From assembly GCF_036321535.1 (NCBI RefSeq), contig NC_087436.1:42472001-42536000 (forward strand): a stretch of 64,000 nucleotides of DNA. Direction: 5' to 3'. The DNA comes from Camelus dromedarius (lineage: Eukaryota). The notes under the pieces are model-generated. The model made no database searches and was not told the DNA's origin. It saw nothing but the letters and a program-made list of their open reading frames with translations. How positions within the stretch are numbered: the stretch's first letter is position 1; the number at the start of each line of letters is the position of its first letter. Made by a program: the position numbers and the translations under genes. Shown here piece after piece: positions 9,696 through 23,500 of the stretch.

Positions 9696-12429
9696 CAATG
9701 ACTCCAGCTCTGTCCCAGCAGAATGAGGAGACTGATGTTCATAGAGCATCCATAGAATGATTGGCTTATCAGCTCTTACCCTTTGCTGCTTCAACTCTTT
9801 AAACTATTACCTGTAGCTTCAATATTTTCCAAATTCTAAACTGAAAAATTTGGTTTTGTTAATCCTAATCTTGCATAATGAAGATTTGAGGAGCCAAGCG
9901 AATTTTCTAGTTTCATTCTCACCTTTCACTGGGGGTTGTCTTATGCTCCACATTAGTGACTGGCCTAGCCTGTATTCAGAGCTCCAGATGCTCCGAGACC
10001 CTGCCTCATTCTCCAGTTTTCCTGGGTGTTTGATCCCTCTCTGGGGCTGAATCCCTATACTTTCTGGTCAGAACTCCCTGCTGCCACCATCACATCTACC
10101 TGAATTTCAAACTATTGCTCCCTGCCAGGTTGGCCTGATGTGGCTTCTCTACCTGTTGTAAGCAGGCTGCCCAGGGTGGCTCATCACTGATTCTCACTGT
10201 CCCCTTGCCCAGCCTTCTCCCATTGCTCGCTGACAGCAACTCTCATCCCACTGCCAGGGCTCTGTCTGACCTCAAGCCTCTGGCTGTCCCATTCTGCCAC
10301 CACTCAAACCTGGGTTATAACATACTGAGACCCTGGGAAGAGCTCAAAATCTGTTCATTGCAATTTTAGAAGGCAAGGATCATAGAAAGCACTGTCATGA
10401 ACTGTCATTAACAAATCCTGAAGAAAACATGGGGACCCGCAGTGAGTACATACCCAGATGTCTGGGAAAACCATTCATGTAGAAAACTTTTTTTAACCAC
10501 AGTAAGTACAAGTAAATGTACACATATGCTAATTATTCCACTTGACATAAATATACTTAAGATAAGCATTTAAAGTGCCAATTTCAATGCAGTGCTATGT
10601 GCGAAGACATTAAAGCCCTGTCTCTCTGCTCACAGGCTTTGGAGTTGTTTCTGCTTATGGAAATAGAACAAATATTACTAGAAGCAAACAGTTTAGTGAC
10701 CACATTATCTCTTTCATCCAACCCAACACTCTTCTGAAAGACAGTGACTTACACCTCTAAGTCACAGTCTATATCCCTTCCCACATTAAGCACTTTCTCT
10801 TTTCCGTGTGGATGCAAGGACAGTCTTTACAGGAGAAGCCTCACAAACATTCAAGTCATCCTGCCACTAGTGGCCACACCCTTTGGCTGTGCCCAGCTTT
10901 AAAGGATTTGACAAAACCTCCCTGGTAACTGCACTCCTGTGGCTGCCCACCATGGTGTGTGCCCTGTACAGATGCCTACTTCAGGTTCCAAGTACCTTAA
11001 TATTAGAGCAGTTTGCCTTGTCAAGAAGGCTGCAGCAGAAAAAAGTCAGTGATCGTGTTCCTTTTGCATGGCTCTCTATTCTAATGTGCAAAATAGCACA
11101 CTTCAGTCCTCACTGAAGAAAAATAATTCAAACATGTTTTACGATAAAATCTTTTATTAAAAAGAGAAAAATTCATTACAAACCCACTAATAGGTAGAAT
11201 ATCAGGAAATTTCACCCATATTTGGAAAGAAGCGCATCAAAGAAAAGTTTGTGTTGTGTGTGTGTGTGAGTCATCTTTCTTTTACTGATCTATTTGCCTG
11301 ATTGGACAGTCACCTATAAATTTCTATTTTGTTCAGAGGTAGCATTAAGACTGAGAGAAGTTGAAGAGCAAGGTCCATACCATATAACGAAGGCAACCCA
11401 TTTATCAAAACTATTCTGACAAAGAAAATAAAGCTAACTATTTTGTGCTATTAATCATGGCGCAAATATAAATAAAATCAGGGTCAATGCCAATTATTCT
11501 TGTATTGCTTTCAAAGGGGAAAACCAAGTGAATTACATAATTTAAACGGAGCACATCAAATGCAGTGATGCAGGAAAATATTTTCCATGTCTTATAAATA
11601 AACCTAAAAAATTTCTAAACATTGCTCCTTGAGCTACTAATTTTCTATATATTTTTTTAAAATACGCTTCCTTGTGTCCTATGACATAGTAATAAGTTGC
11701 TTAAACACCATACAGAGGCAGAACAAGAACAGTACCAAACTGCTGGATCCTTCACTGATGAGACAAATAGTCACCAATCAACTGACTGATTGACTGATGA
11801 TATAATCAGCGTGGACTTGAAGCCAAGCACTGTACCCTTACACCAAGACACAACAGGAGCTGTGTTACCAGTTAGACAGAATTCTGCCTCTATTAGAAGT
11901 GAGATTTCTGTGCTCACTGCTGTCTGACATATCTATGACAGCCAGGTGGATTTTTAATTCTACGCAAATTGTGTTCTGTCCTATGAAGACAAAACATCGA
12001 TGTCAGCAAGAGGACCCACCGTAGTTGAAGGATGAAGTATACTGATTGACCAAGCATAAGGAGTATTCCAAGACACTCTTCATGTAAGAAATATACTGAA
12101 ATTTAGAAACTCCTAAGCAAGATTTTTTTTCTAGTGTTTGCATTATGAATGTTTTGCACTCATGTTTTCAAATTCAATGAAATAAATCAATGTACACAAA
12201 ATTGTATCACATGTGCCAAAGTCTTGCCAATTAAAAATGTCAATTTTTAATGTTGGTTTTCATGGGAAAGAAAATACAGAAGAACTGGGTTATATTTGGT
12301 TGAGTATTAGTGACAGTCATTCAGTTATTAGAACACATTACAGACAGTCAGATTGACAGCAGCTTAACAAGAGAAAACATGCTGAAAGGTCCTACTGGAA
12401 GACAGAGAAGCCCTGATAGTTGCCTTACA

Positions 12430-12637
12430 TCTGCAAAGGTGCACATTCTTACTGCCGGGTGGGGGGATGTAGAGCAACCTTGGAAGCCAGGTATTAATAG
12501 CACAGCCACCTGCCAGCAGGCAATTACTTACCTCTGAGTTTTGGCTTAAGAAAAAAATAGACTTTGATCTAATTTGTTTCTCTAAATATTTGAGCCCCTT
12601 TGTTATAGCAGCTTAGCCTGTCTCTTAACTAATACAA
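12430..12637 (+). mobile_element. Old MLT1-type LTR fragment
   Basis: Ends ttgttatagcagcttagcctgtctcttaactaataca. Confidence 0.6.
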
Positions 12638-15329
12638 CATCTAATCCACTCTGTACACGTTTATTTAAATACATGTATTCTCAAAAAATAAGTAGTGTTG
12701 TCTTATATGGTTTTTAAAATACATGAAGATTATTATGCCATAGACAGCATACTATTTCCATCTGTTTACCCTAAACAGCACTGCAGTGAACATTCTCTGT
12801 GTGTACTTTTGCAAGACTTTCAAGTTTTCAGTTTATACTAAAGATGCAATTGCAGTGTACATATTCACATATGTGTATATATACACATACATACATAGAT
12901 ATACGTCACTTCACTAACTGACAAATTGTTCTTCAGCATCTTTTCACCAGTTTTCATCATATCAGCAGTGAATGAAGGTCCCTTGTCAACACCCTTGACA
13001 GTTTTATAAACTGTTTGTCAATCTGATTGACAGAAATTGATACATGCAACTATTCTTTTTTTAAAAATCTTATTCTTGTTTCCTTGGGTTTACTGTTGCT
13101 CTTTTTCAGTCTTCTTGAAATGAATATTTATCTCATTTTTTCAATTATTTTTGGTATCTGAAAAATATATGAAATGTATCACTTTTCCTAAGTGCTGAAT
13201 TAAATACTTTTCATACATTTTGACATACAATGTTTTCCTTCTATTTGGTTCTAAAAACTTAGTAATTTAATTATTGAGTTCCTCTTTAACCAGATTGTTT
13301 TTCAGTATTTTTTAAAACGTTTCTAGTCACACAGGGGATTTTACAGCTAATCATTTATTACTGATGTTTAATATTAGTGCATTCTGGTTAGGGAATCTAG
13401 CCAGTATGATTAATCTCTTGAAAACTGTTCGTGCTTTCAAGGGAGATTAGCAATTTGTAAATGATTGTAAATATTCTATGTGTGTTTGAAATGAACATCA
13501 TTCTGTATTTGATATAGATACATTTGCATAAATATATAAAGATTGACAGACACAAGCTATATATATACATATATAAGCAGACAAGCTTATTGCTCTTGAT
13601 ATTGAATTTTTCCATACCTTACATATATTTTATTTGCTTGATAAATCAATTTCTGAGCAAGTCCTCTAAAATTTCCAGCTCTTGTTCAAAATCCCTCCCA
13701 CTTAATGGGGATAAACAACACCTTCCAGAATCTAGAAGCTAAACTTATACTCAAAGCTGTATCTTTCTTGTTCCTGTAACTTTTCCTCAGTATTGTTAAA
13801 TATGGCTTATTTATCCTAAGGACCTATTTAACTGTCCCTTTGGGGAGATGGGAATTCAGCTGTTCTAATACTACTGCCATTTCTTAATGAAGGAATTTTA
13901 AAATGCATCATTTAATTAAGAAGTACTCTCTGGGAAGACTCAATTACTATGAAATAACATAACACTTTTAGACTGAAAATATTATTTGTGCGTTTTAATA
14001 AAATGTTGAAAAAGGAAAAATAGTTGGATGGTTCATTAAAATATGTCTTCCTATTAATTTCTTCTTTGTATTTCAGACCACTTCCCTATAAATTACAGCT
14101 ACTTTATGGTGAAGAAACCTTAATCAAAATGCAAAGTGCAAAAGGACAGGATTTGGCTGACATATGTAAATGCAAATGAAAAGCATTCTGTAGGGAAAGT
14201 GAGACTTCATTGAAGGTGACCCGCTTGTGGAAGGAAGATATGCTGAGTAAGCACCTAAGCTGAACAAGCAATTTGGGGCAGTGCCATAAGCTTAAGGCAT
14301 TATAGAAAAAATAGATTGGAAAGGTAATTGGGAATGGCTTGGGTAATTAGACCCCAAACGGCACCAGTCGTTAGGACTGCAAGAGCAGAGGAAAACAAAT
14401 TGACAATCAATAAGAAATAGTGATAATGCAAACGCAACAACAACAAACACATAAGGAGAAGAACACCTTGCTTTCACTTGTGGGTAAACAACATTAGAAA
14501 AGTCTGTTTAAGTTAGATGTATACAGATGCAGATTTATTCACGTTGTGTGCTCCTTTATGAGTGTGTCTATAAGAGAAACAGATCTGTTAACACAATATA
14601 AATTGTCTTGGAAACATAGTGCTGTTTTGCAGCCTTAGATTTTATAAAGATATTCTAAAGGAATCTCTCTTCTCTACAACAGAATTTGTGATAGGGAATC
14701 AGAACAAAGAGACTGTACAGTGGAGGAAGTTTTCCAAAAGAAAAAAATTCATCTTCATCAGTTGTTTCTTCCCCCTGGCCAATGCAGTCTTGTTATACCC
14801 AAAGCAAAGAGAAAAAAAAAGTGTTACTGTTTTCAAAAACAACATGGAAGCTATTAAATGCAAAAAAAAAAAAAAAAATCAATGATACTGGGGAGATAAA
14901 ATAAAAGAAGTGCTTTTCCATCCAGCTTCCCTAAGTGGCACCTAGTTCAGAGGCTAAATAACTCCCAGTTCCTCTCTATTTAGGAAAATTACCAGGCCAA
15001 AGATACAATTATACAATCTTATGCCTAGTCAAAAGCAGACTGCATAAGAATATAAGGTCTTCGGCTATACTTCCCACCATTTGACATTTCCTGCTTACCC
15101 TCCTTATATCACCTTTCCCAGACATAGGTGTATTTGTACAGCACTGTATATAAAAGGCAGATCCCAAATGTGGCCTCCCCTAAGTCCAAGCACATGATTT
15201 AATAATAATCTCTGGGGTAGCCTAAGAAATAAATTATTCTTCCAAAAGCTAGTGCAGCAGAAAATTGCCCTAATGAAACTGTCACATCCCTTCTCAAATG
15301 CGAGATTACCTGAACCATCTATTCCATAA

Positions 15330-16090
15330 CTGACTCATTCAAAAAATATCTATTGAACTCTTACTGTATTCAGACACTATAATAAGTTCAGGGGATAGAG
15401 CAGTGGAAAAAGAAAAGACAAAAATCCCAGCCCTCATGGAACTCATATTCTAATGGGAGACAGATAATAAAGGAGAAAAAAATAAGAGAAAAAAATACAG
15501 TACATTAACTGGTAATGGTTCCTTAAGAAAAATACTAAGCAAAGGATAGGAACAGAAAATGAGGTGGCAGTAGAAATTTAGTAAGTAGTAATTTGGGATA
15601 TAATTGGTGAGATAAAAAAGACACAATATCAAATGGGATAAGTAAAAGAAGGGATATAGCTAACGAATGAGCTAGTGAGTTACAAGGTTGGAATAAGAAA
15701 TTCATAAAATGGCAGAAAAAGACAAATAAATTAAAATATATACTTAAGAGATAGATAAATAAGAGATACTTATATCAACATAATAAAAGTCCTAGAACAA
15801 GAAAAAAATTAAAAAGAAAAGGAAGAAAAAAGTGGAGACAAATTTTCTTCAAACTGAAAGGGTCATAATCCAACAACCTCTCACCACTTCCCTCCTACTA
15901 CTTAGTTCACACCATCGTTTCTGGCCTGGGTAACAGCAGTAGACCCCAGATAGCTCCCACTCTTGCCCCCCTGTTGGCTGGTCTAATATGGCAGCTAGAG
16001 GAAACTTTAAAAATTGTAAATCATAACACATCACTCTTCCCTCAAAACTCTGTAATGACCACTCTGATTAAAAGTCAAAATTCTTAGCAT
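15330..16090. mobile_element. L2 fragments (~15330-15600 and ~15860-16090)
   Basis: cattcaaaaaatatctattga...gccctcatggaactcatattcta; aaatcataacacatcactcttccctcaaaac. Confidence 0.7.
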
Positions 16091-16310
16091 CTAGATGTTG
16101 GTTTCTAAACCATTAAAAGGAACCAGAGTTCTTGGAGAGACAGTGAATTCTAGAATCGGAGCAGGAAACACACAAGGTAAACTTAGACGTCTTATAGTGC
16201 CAGAGAGTAAGAAAATGTTCAAAATAAACACAACAATGGGAGTATGACAAAGGAACATAGGAGCCAACTGAAACAGCTCTCAGTGGCCAAGTTTAGAAAA
16301 ACTAGTTGGA
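16086..16310 (+). mobile_element. L1MC/MD-type 3'UTR fragment
   Basis: aaaaggaaccagagttcttggaga...ggagccaactgaaacagctctcagtggccaa. Confidence 0.65.
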
Positions 16311-19194
16311 TTTCTTCTTAAAAATCAGATCCTGGTGCCCCCTTTTGACTGACTACATCTATATCTCTAGGGATAGGACCCAAGAATCTGCTTCTTAATA
16401 AACTGGTACTATATACACTAACATATGAGCACTATTGATGAATTGAAATAGCGCTGACTTTGGAATCAGATACATTTATGTGCAATTAAGTTCCAATGTC
16501 TCTTGTTTGTATGACCCCTTTCGGGGCATGAATTTTCTTATCCATAAGGTAAGAATAAAAATAATATTATCTACCATATGAGTTTGGTGGAAAAAATTAA
16601 TATAATAAAATATGTTTAAAATATCACATTCAATTAACATATAATTTTCCTTCGCTAACTTTATCAATACCCATACACTCAGAAATGCCATACTGATAAT
16701 GGCATCAGACAGTATCTACCACAATACCTTACATGTCAGAGGGACTAGAATGTGTTCACTTAAGAGAGGGCAATGAGTAGAGAAAATCTGTTTCTAGAAA
16801 TATTGTATTAGTACACATGATATTATAATTAGGTAATTTTAGAAAATTATTTAAAGATCATTTGTGAGTCTTTATGAAACCTTTTGGTGATCACTACAAA
16901 CAAAAATGTGGAGATATGGAAGATAGAATTCCCATATCCCAGGAGCAGAACAATTCTATACATCCCAGAGTGGTGCCAAAGTGATGAACCTCAGCCAGAT
17001 CCACAGCTTCCTAAAGTGCAACAGAATTTAGGAAAGTTTGGGAGGTAGCTGAAAAACTGGCAAGGCATAGGGCTTGGGACAAAGGATGACTCAGCAGCTC
17101 CCCACAGAGACCAGTGACTAAAGACCAGATGGCAGTGAGGATGCCCCAGCAGCTGCCGTCAGGATGGAGGGGACCCTGAATAACAGATGCCCTTGCCTCC
17201 TGTGATTCGGCACTCTGTAAGGCCCCTGAAATTAATGGGAACCCAGGTCAAGGAGTTGGTGAACCCTGAACTAACTAAGATTAAATTTCTGTCAGCTGAT
17301 AAAATAGGAGATGAAAATTAAAATTAACTTAAGTAACATAAAAATGTAAAACATTACATGGCCTAAAAGTCATACCTGCAGCACAAATGTAGCTTGAACG
17401 TAAATGTTAGGTTAACCATTTGAAAGTTGGGGTAAATTAGACTATATTTATATAAATATTGTACTTACCAGATTTAGAAGAAAAAAAGACAACTCAGGTA
17501 ACATCATATAGTTGATTGACTTAATTTAGCATTATCAACTATTTTAGAATACACAGACATTTCTAAGAAATGCTCTTATCAATATTACTTCTTGCACTTT
17601 CTTTCTTGCCTCTTGCTAGAGACCATCCTGTTTTTTATGCACTTGTAGAATACACTTCTAAAAGCATCCATGCAATAGCACAACTGTTTTACATCAGTGG
17701 TTTTACTGCATATGAATAAAAAATTAAGCGAAATGTAGATGCTGCAAAAAGTCTTAAAAAAATCAGACTCACAATTATAATCTTAACTTTTAATATCACA
17801 CTTTCTACTGTTACCAAGATTGTATAACTAAATCATCAGCTTTTAGTTAGGAATGTCATTACCTTTAGGGCTTGATGTATGCCATTGATTAAATCCTAAA
17901 TTATCCAAAGAAAGATGCAGAACCCGAAGCCTGGTCAGTCTCAGTCCTGCTTTTCTGTAGCCTGCATATGATTAGTCAGTGTTGTATCTGGCCTCTGTAC
18001 CTAGCCCAGGAACTGAATGGAGTATTTATGGTGCCTGCTTAAATGGCAGAGACACCCAAAATTAATCTGTCTGCTCACTGCTTCCATGCTAGAATTATAT
18101 AATTTGACTTTCTCCCTGTATGTGAGACAAAATTTTTCTTGCTTTTTGTTCCTTCTAAAAACATAATTACTTTAATTTGAATAAAAAATAATCTTCTAGC
18201 ATATGAAAAGTAAAACGATGCACTTAGTACCACCAGAAACTGTATGAATGAAAATTATCAAGACACATTTTGTCACAGAAAGGCAAAACTGAGAGTTCTG
18301 TGAATCTAAATAATTTATCTTGTAAAGCAAAATATCAAAAGTTTTAGAAGATCTTTTATCTTTTAAAAATGACAAATGCTTTTTGGTTAATTATCTGGAA
18401 AATAATCTGGAAAATAAAACAAATTAAGAAAATTAAAATGACTTGTAATTTATTGGTGAGAGATAAAACCCAACATCTTGGTAACTTCCATTTCATTCTC
18501 TTTCAAGGGATAAAAAGTATAAAAAGTATATTAAAAATTATATAGTTTTTGAACTTTTTTCTTAATAATGAATCCTTAACATCTTTGAATGTAATGAAAT
18601 CACCCACAGGATCATTTTTAAAGGTTGCACAAGATTCTATTGTGAAACTTTAACACAAATTGATTAGCCCATCTCTCGTTGTTAGTCTCAGTTGTTAAGA
18701 AAATTTTCTCTCTGATAAATCAGGCTTTGATAAGTAATTGATATAATGGAACATTTATGAACATCCACAATTAATTCTTAAGGATAAACTCCTAGATCTT
18801 ACCAACAGGATGTGGCGTACTCACTTTAATTGGCTTTTTGTTGTCATGGCCAGTTCATTCTTAAGAGTCTCTACCAGTACTAATCTCCTCTGCAGTATTT
18901 CAGAATGCTCATGTGCCCAAAATTTGACCAACATGGAGCATCGCTCTCATTTCACTCCTACCAATTAAGGTATGTGTCCTATCTATTTTACTCTGCATTT
19001 ACCAATGAGTTTTAACCTTTTTAAAATTTTATTAGTCAGTTGTATATATTCATGATTTTTTAAAAAATTTCTTGTCCTTTAATACACTTTAAATAGGGTA
19101 CTTTCATTTTGAAGAGCTCACTGTAGCTATTAAAGAATTAACGTTTTGTGTAAAATACATTGCCAACATTATTTTTACCAATTTATTATTACTC

Positions 19195-19605
19195 TTTTAA
19201 ACTCTTCATTCAAGCATAGTATAGATACAGAAAAGTGCACAGCTTGATGAATCTTCACAAAATGTACACACCTGTGTAATAAGCAGTCACAGACAGAAAC
19301 AGAGCATCCTGGTCCCCAGGGACCTTCCTGCTTCTTCTGATTCTTTATTTTCCCCCAAAAAAGTGACTCATATTCTAACTTCTAATAGCATAGGTTAGTT
19401 TCATTTGTTTCTTTTAGCCTCATAAAACTGGCATTATACTGCATACACTCTTTCATGACTTGCTTATCTTATTCAACATTATATTTCTGAACTGTATCTA
19501 ACATACTGCATTAATCCCACTGTATTCCATTGTGTGGCATTAATCATATTGGTGATAGCATTTGAGTAGTTTTCAGTTTGGAGCTATTAACTACAGTGCT
19601 ATATA
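19195..19605 (-). mobile_element. Old L1M 3' end
   Basis: acagaaaagtgcacagcttgatgaat...tttcagtttggagctatta. Confidence 0.65.
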
Positions 19606-19619
19606 GTAAATATATGATG

Positions 19620-20560
19620 GTCAATTAAAAATAAATAGAAGAGTTGGAATACAAAGTTTAGGGAAGCATCCAGGAAATGGAAACAAAATCAAGAGATGAA
19701 AAATGTGAGGAAAAAAAGAGATTCAGAAGACAAATCTAGGAAATGCAACAAACAGAAGAAAAAAAAACAGAAAATTGAGAAGATGAATTCATTTTAAAAG
19801 TAAAATAAGTAAAATTTCCCCAGCTGAAGAAGAAACAAGCCTTCAGACTGAAAGAGACTACCCATCAATAGCAGGACAAATGAAAGAGGACCTATAATTA
19901 GACACAGAAATATGAAACTCAAGTATCTCAAGAATAAAATCATCCTTGGGAGTGGGAGGGTAGACAAAATGGGTGAAGGAGTCAAAAGGGACAAACTTCC
20001 AATTATAAAACAAGTAAGTATTGGGGATGTAATGCACTGTACTATATATATAACTATAGTAGGAACTATAGTTAATAATACTGTATTGTATATTTGAAAT
20101 TTCTAAGAGAGTAGATCTTAAAAGTCCTGATCACAAGAAAAAAATTGTAACTGATGATGAAAGTTAACTAGAATTATCATGGTGATCATTTCACAATATA
20201 TACAAATACTGAATCATTATATTGTACACCTGAGACTAATGTTATATGTCAATTATCTCCAGATTTTTAAAAAAAATAAAATCATCCAGAAAGAGAGAAA
20301 AAAACATGTTATGTTCAAAGCAATGATAATCACACTGGCATCTCACTTACTATCTGATGTACTGCAGGCAGAACAAGGAAGCAACCCCTCCAAAAATGTA
20401 GAAAAAGTTACTTTATTTCAGAATTCTATATCCATCCACATCAGTATTAAATATGTAGATAAAACAGAGATATCATGAGATATGTAAAGCATTTTAGAAC
20501 ATTTATCTCCCAAATATCTTCTCTGCATAATTTATTTAAGGATCTATTCTGGAAAAAATG
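19620..20560 (+). mobile_element. Old L1/HAL1 ORF1 remnant interrupted by a younger L1
   Basis: aaaatttccccagctgaag...cttcagactgaaagagac ORF1-like sequence resumes after 20287. Confidence 0.55.
19946..20274 (+). mobile_element. 5'-truncated L1MA-type 3' end
   Basis: Typical 3'UTR with a perfect TSD aataaaatcatcc (19933-19945 and 20275-20287). Confidence 0.85.
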
Positions 20561-23500
20561 AAGGTGCAAACATAAAATAGGAGACAAAGGGTCCAATCAA
20601 GGAGATGAAAAAAGGGAAGTCCCATCAGACAAGTGTTCATTCAGATCTAGAGAACATTTAGGTAAGATTCTAGGAAAGTAAAAGGCAATGAAAGATAATC
20701 AGAGTCCAAATATAAAGACTACTCAAACTGGAAAGGGAATTCAATGATCTTCAATTAAGGGCATGAAATACAGTCGAAGCAATACATACATCAAAGCAGA
20801 AAGATGGCTCCCAAATTTTGTACCTTTAGAATCAACTCTTAGGAAAGCTGTAAAAATTTAATTGTGATTACAAAATAGATTGCGATTTTATCTACTTTAA
20901 CCATATATATATAAAGGTACACAGACAGCTGTTGGGAAGTGGAAGGGGGAGAAAAGTAAAGCATAAGACAAAAGAGAAAATGTTCCCAAGTTTCAAGTTG
21001 AGAAAGTAAAAGACACTGAATAATAAGTAAAAGTTTGAATATATAATTTGTACAGAAATATGGACTCACTACCATTCAGCAGTACAAAAATAATGTAGTT
21101 TTTTTAATCCTAAAATTGATCTAATCTCTCTAACAAAGCTTCTGTTAAACCCATTGTTGCCAGTTTAAACCTCTTTCTTTTGAATAATTCAGTTTATTCA
21201 AAATAAATGCCTTGTCTTTATGATTTCTTCCCCCTCATGTACTTTCCTTCCCTCCAACCCCAACCTGATATGGAATCTAAGTAGGAGAGTTTTGTGAGAG
21301 GGTGAGAGGATTCTGTGAGCTCTTGTACTGCATTCCCCTAGCTCCTCAGGTCTCCTCAGGGTTGTTCCTCACCTGCCTGGGTACCCACTGGCTTCCCCTG
21401 TTAACATTTGCAATGAAGAACTGTATCTGTTCTCTTGGCTATTTTTGACTTAGCCCCACCTTGGCTCTCTCTGGCTGCCCATTCCTCCAGGTCTCAGCAG
21501 AGGCCCCCTCCAGCCCTTGGCTTAGTTCACACTCAAACCTCCACACTGTAGCCCCCATAGCAGGCCAGCTGGTCTTCATCTCAGCTACTTCTCCGTCCCC
21601 AAAGGACATGAGGAACTTGTAAATCGATTCTATATCACAGTCATAAATTACATTCTTTCTCTCCGTAACCACAGTGAGCCTCCATGCCTACCCTGCTGTG
21701 TTTGTGCAAGAACACATTTCCACAGACCTCACAGTCTGGCTTTTCCTCAACCACACAGTACTCCACCCTCCTTCCCCAGGGATGGGGAGCTGGGGGAAAG
21801 TGTGTAAACAGGTATGTCTACTGCTTCTCCCCCTAACCTCTTTCCCACAATCGACTGCTGCAAAGGACTGTCATTTACTCCCCTTCTTGTCTGGCAGGTG
21901 CTCCATCTACATCATATTCTCCACATTCCATTTGACTTCCACCCTTTGACCTATGATGATAGAACTGCTATAAGAGAAAAAAAGGAGTAAGAAAGATATT
22001 AGTTTAGTGGTTTCAAAGTAGCTGACTACCTATATAAACTTAACCAATAGAGATATTTAAAAGAGTGGTATATGTAACTATATTTGGGAAGAAAAAGAGT
22101 ACATGCCAGAACTGAAACAAAAATGCTGAAAAGTATTGCTCTGGGTATGAGAATTAAGAGGCTAAAGAGGAAGAGCATGGACTATTGCTTTTTATTATAA
22201 ATCCCTGCTTACTATTTAACATACTATTTCACAATCCAAATTTTTATTTCCTTACACCAACTACGCCATGAATTCATGAGCAATAGTTTTCAGCAGCTCA
22301 GCCTCCTTGCCATCGATTCTTAAGATGAGCTTCCTAGTGGAACAGACTGGCACTTCAGTTGAACCCAGAGACCCAATTCTTTGTCTTCTTTTTATGATTA
22401 CTTGCCTTATGTATTTTGGGAATCTATCTCAACTCGTAGAGGACTCATGCTCAATATGCTCAATACACATATTAATTTTCTTGTTAAGAATCTTGCCCTT
22501 AATCTGCTTAACATTGTAAATCCTTCCAGCTTTACCAGGATAATATTTGTTAAGTAGATGCAGCAGGACTTTGAGAAAATTATTTAATCTTTCTAATCTT
22601 GGTTGTCTCCATCTATAAAATGGGGATAACATGAGAGGCTCAATAAGAGACATTATTATAAAGACAAAGACATATCAAAGCTAAATTCTTGCATCCAGAT
22701 TTCTTGAGTGCTTGACAAATTATTTCATACTCTTGAAATAAAAATTTACCACGATATGTCTAAGGTATTTTTTCATTAATTTTCCTGGTAAATAAGGAAA
22801 AAATTTTAAATCACATTTAGTTATTCTTTATTTAAGAATATATTCCTTTTACTGTATTTTCACTGCTGACTTTGTCCATTTGTTTTGTTTTCTCATTCAG
22901 AAGCACAATTTTCTTCTCACATTAGTTCACTAAGTTAATCTTCTTTATCCATAATAATCTCCTTATTGTCTTTCTTCTATTATATTACATTTTACTTCAG
23001 GACATATATCAATTTGTTTATTATATCACTGATTTAATTTTATGTAATATTTATTCTATTTTTCAGTGTTGAGTGCAGATTTCAATTCTGCTATTTTTAG
23101 TTTCTTACTAAAAATTCCAATATTTTCTTATCTCCCCCAGCTTCCTTTCATATCTCCATCTTTTATATTAAATGAATAGTTCCTTGCTCTTTTCATAAAG
23201 TCTGATTCCTTGAATTTTTTTCTAGCTCTATGCAGAGAGTTTTTAAAATGTATTTCAATTTTCCTATAGTAAATCTTTTCCAAGCATATTTTTTCCACAT
23301 CTTCTAAATTATATTCCTTTTAACATTGAAAAGTATTTCCATAGACCTCAGTTTGTTGGGGTATTTTTTTCCTCTGTTGACTCATCCTAGAATAGAAATT
23401 TATCCAAGCCAGATGTCGGCCATAAACAGGACAGAGGGCTCTTAGAACCATTCACTGACCACCTGGTTGTTATTAGAACCCTATTCTCAGATATGAAGCG

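Noticed and set aside
11298..11322. ATTGG followed by TATAAA as a promoter
   Set aside because: Spacing is too short, no downstream gene is supported, and such motifs are common in AT-rich DNA.
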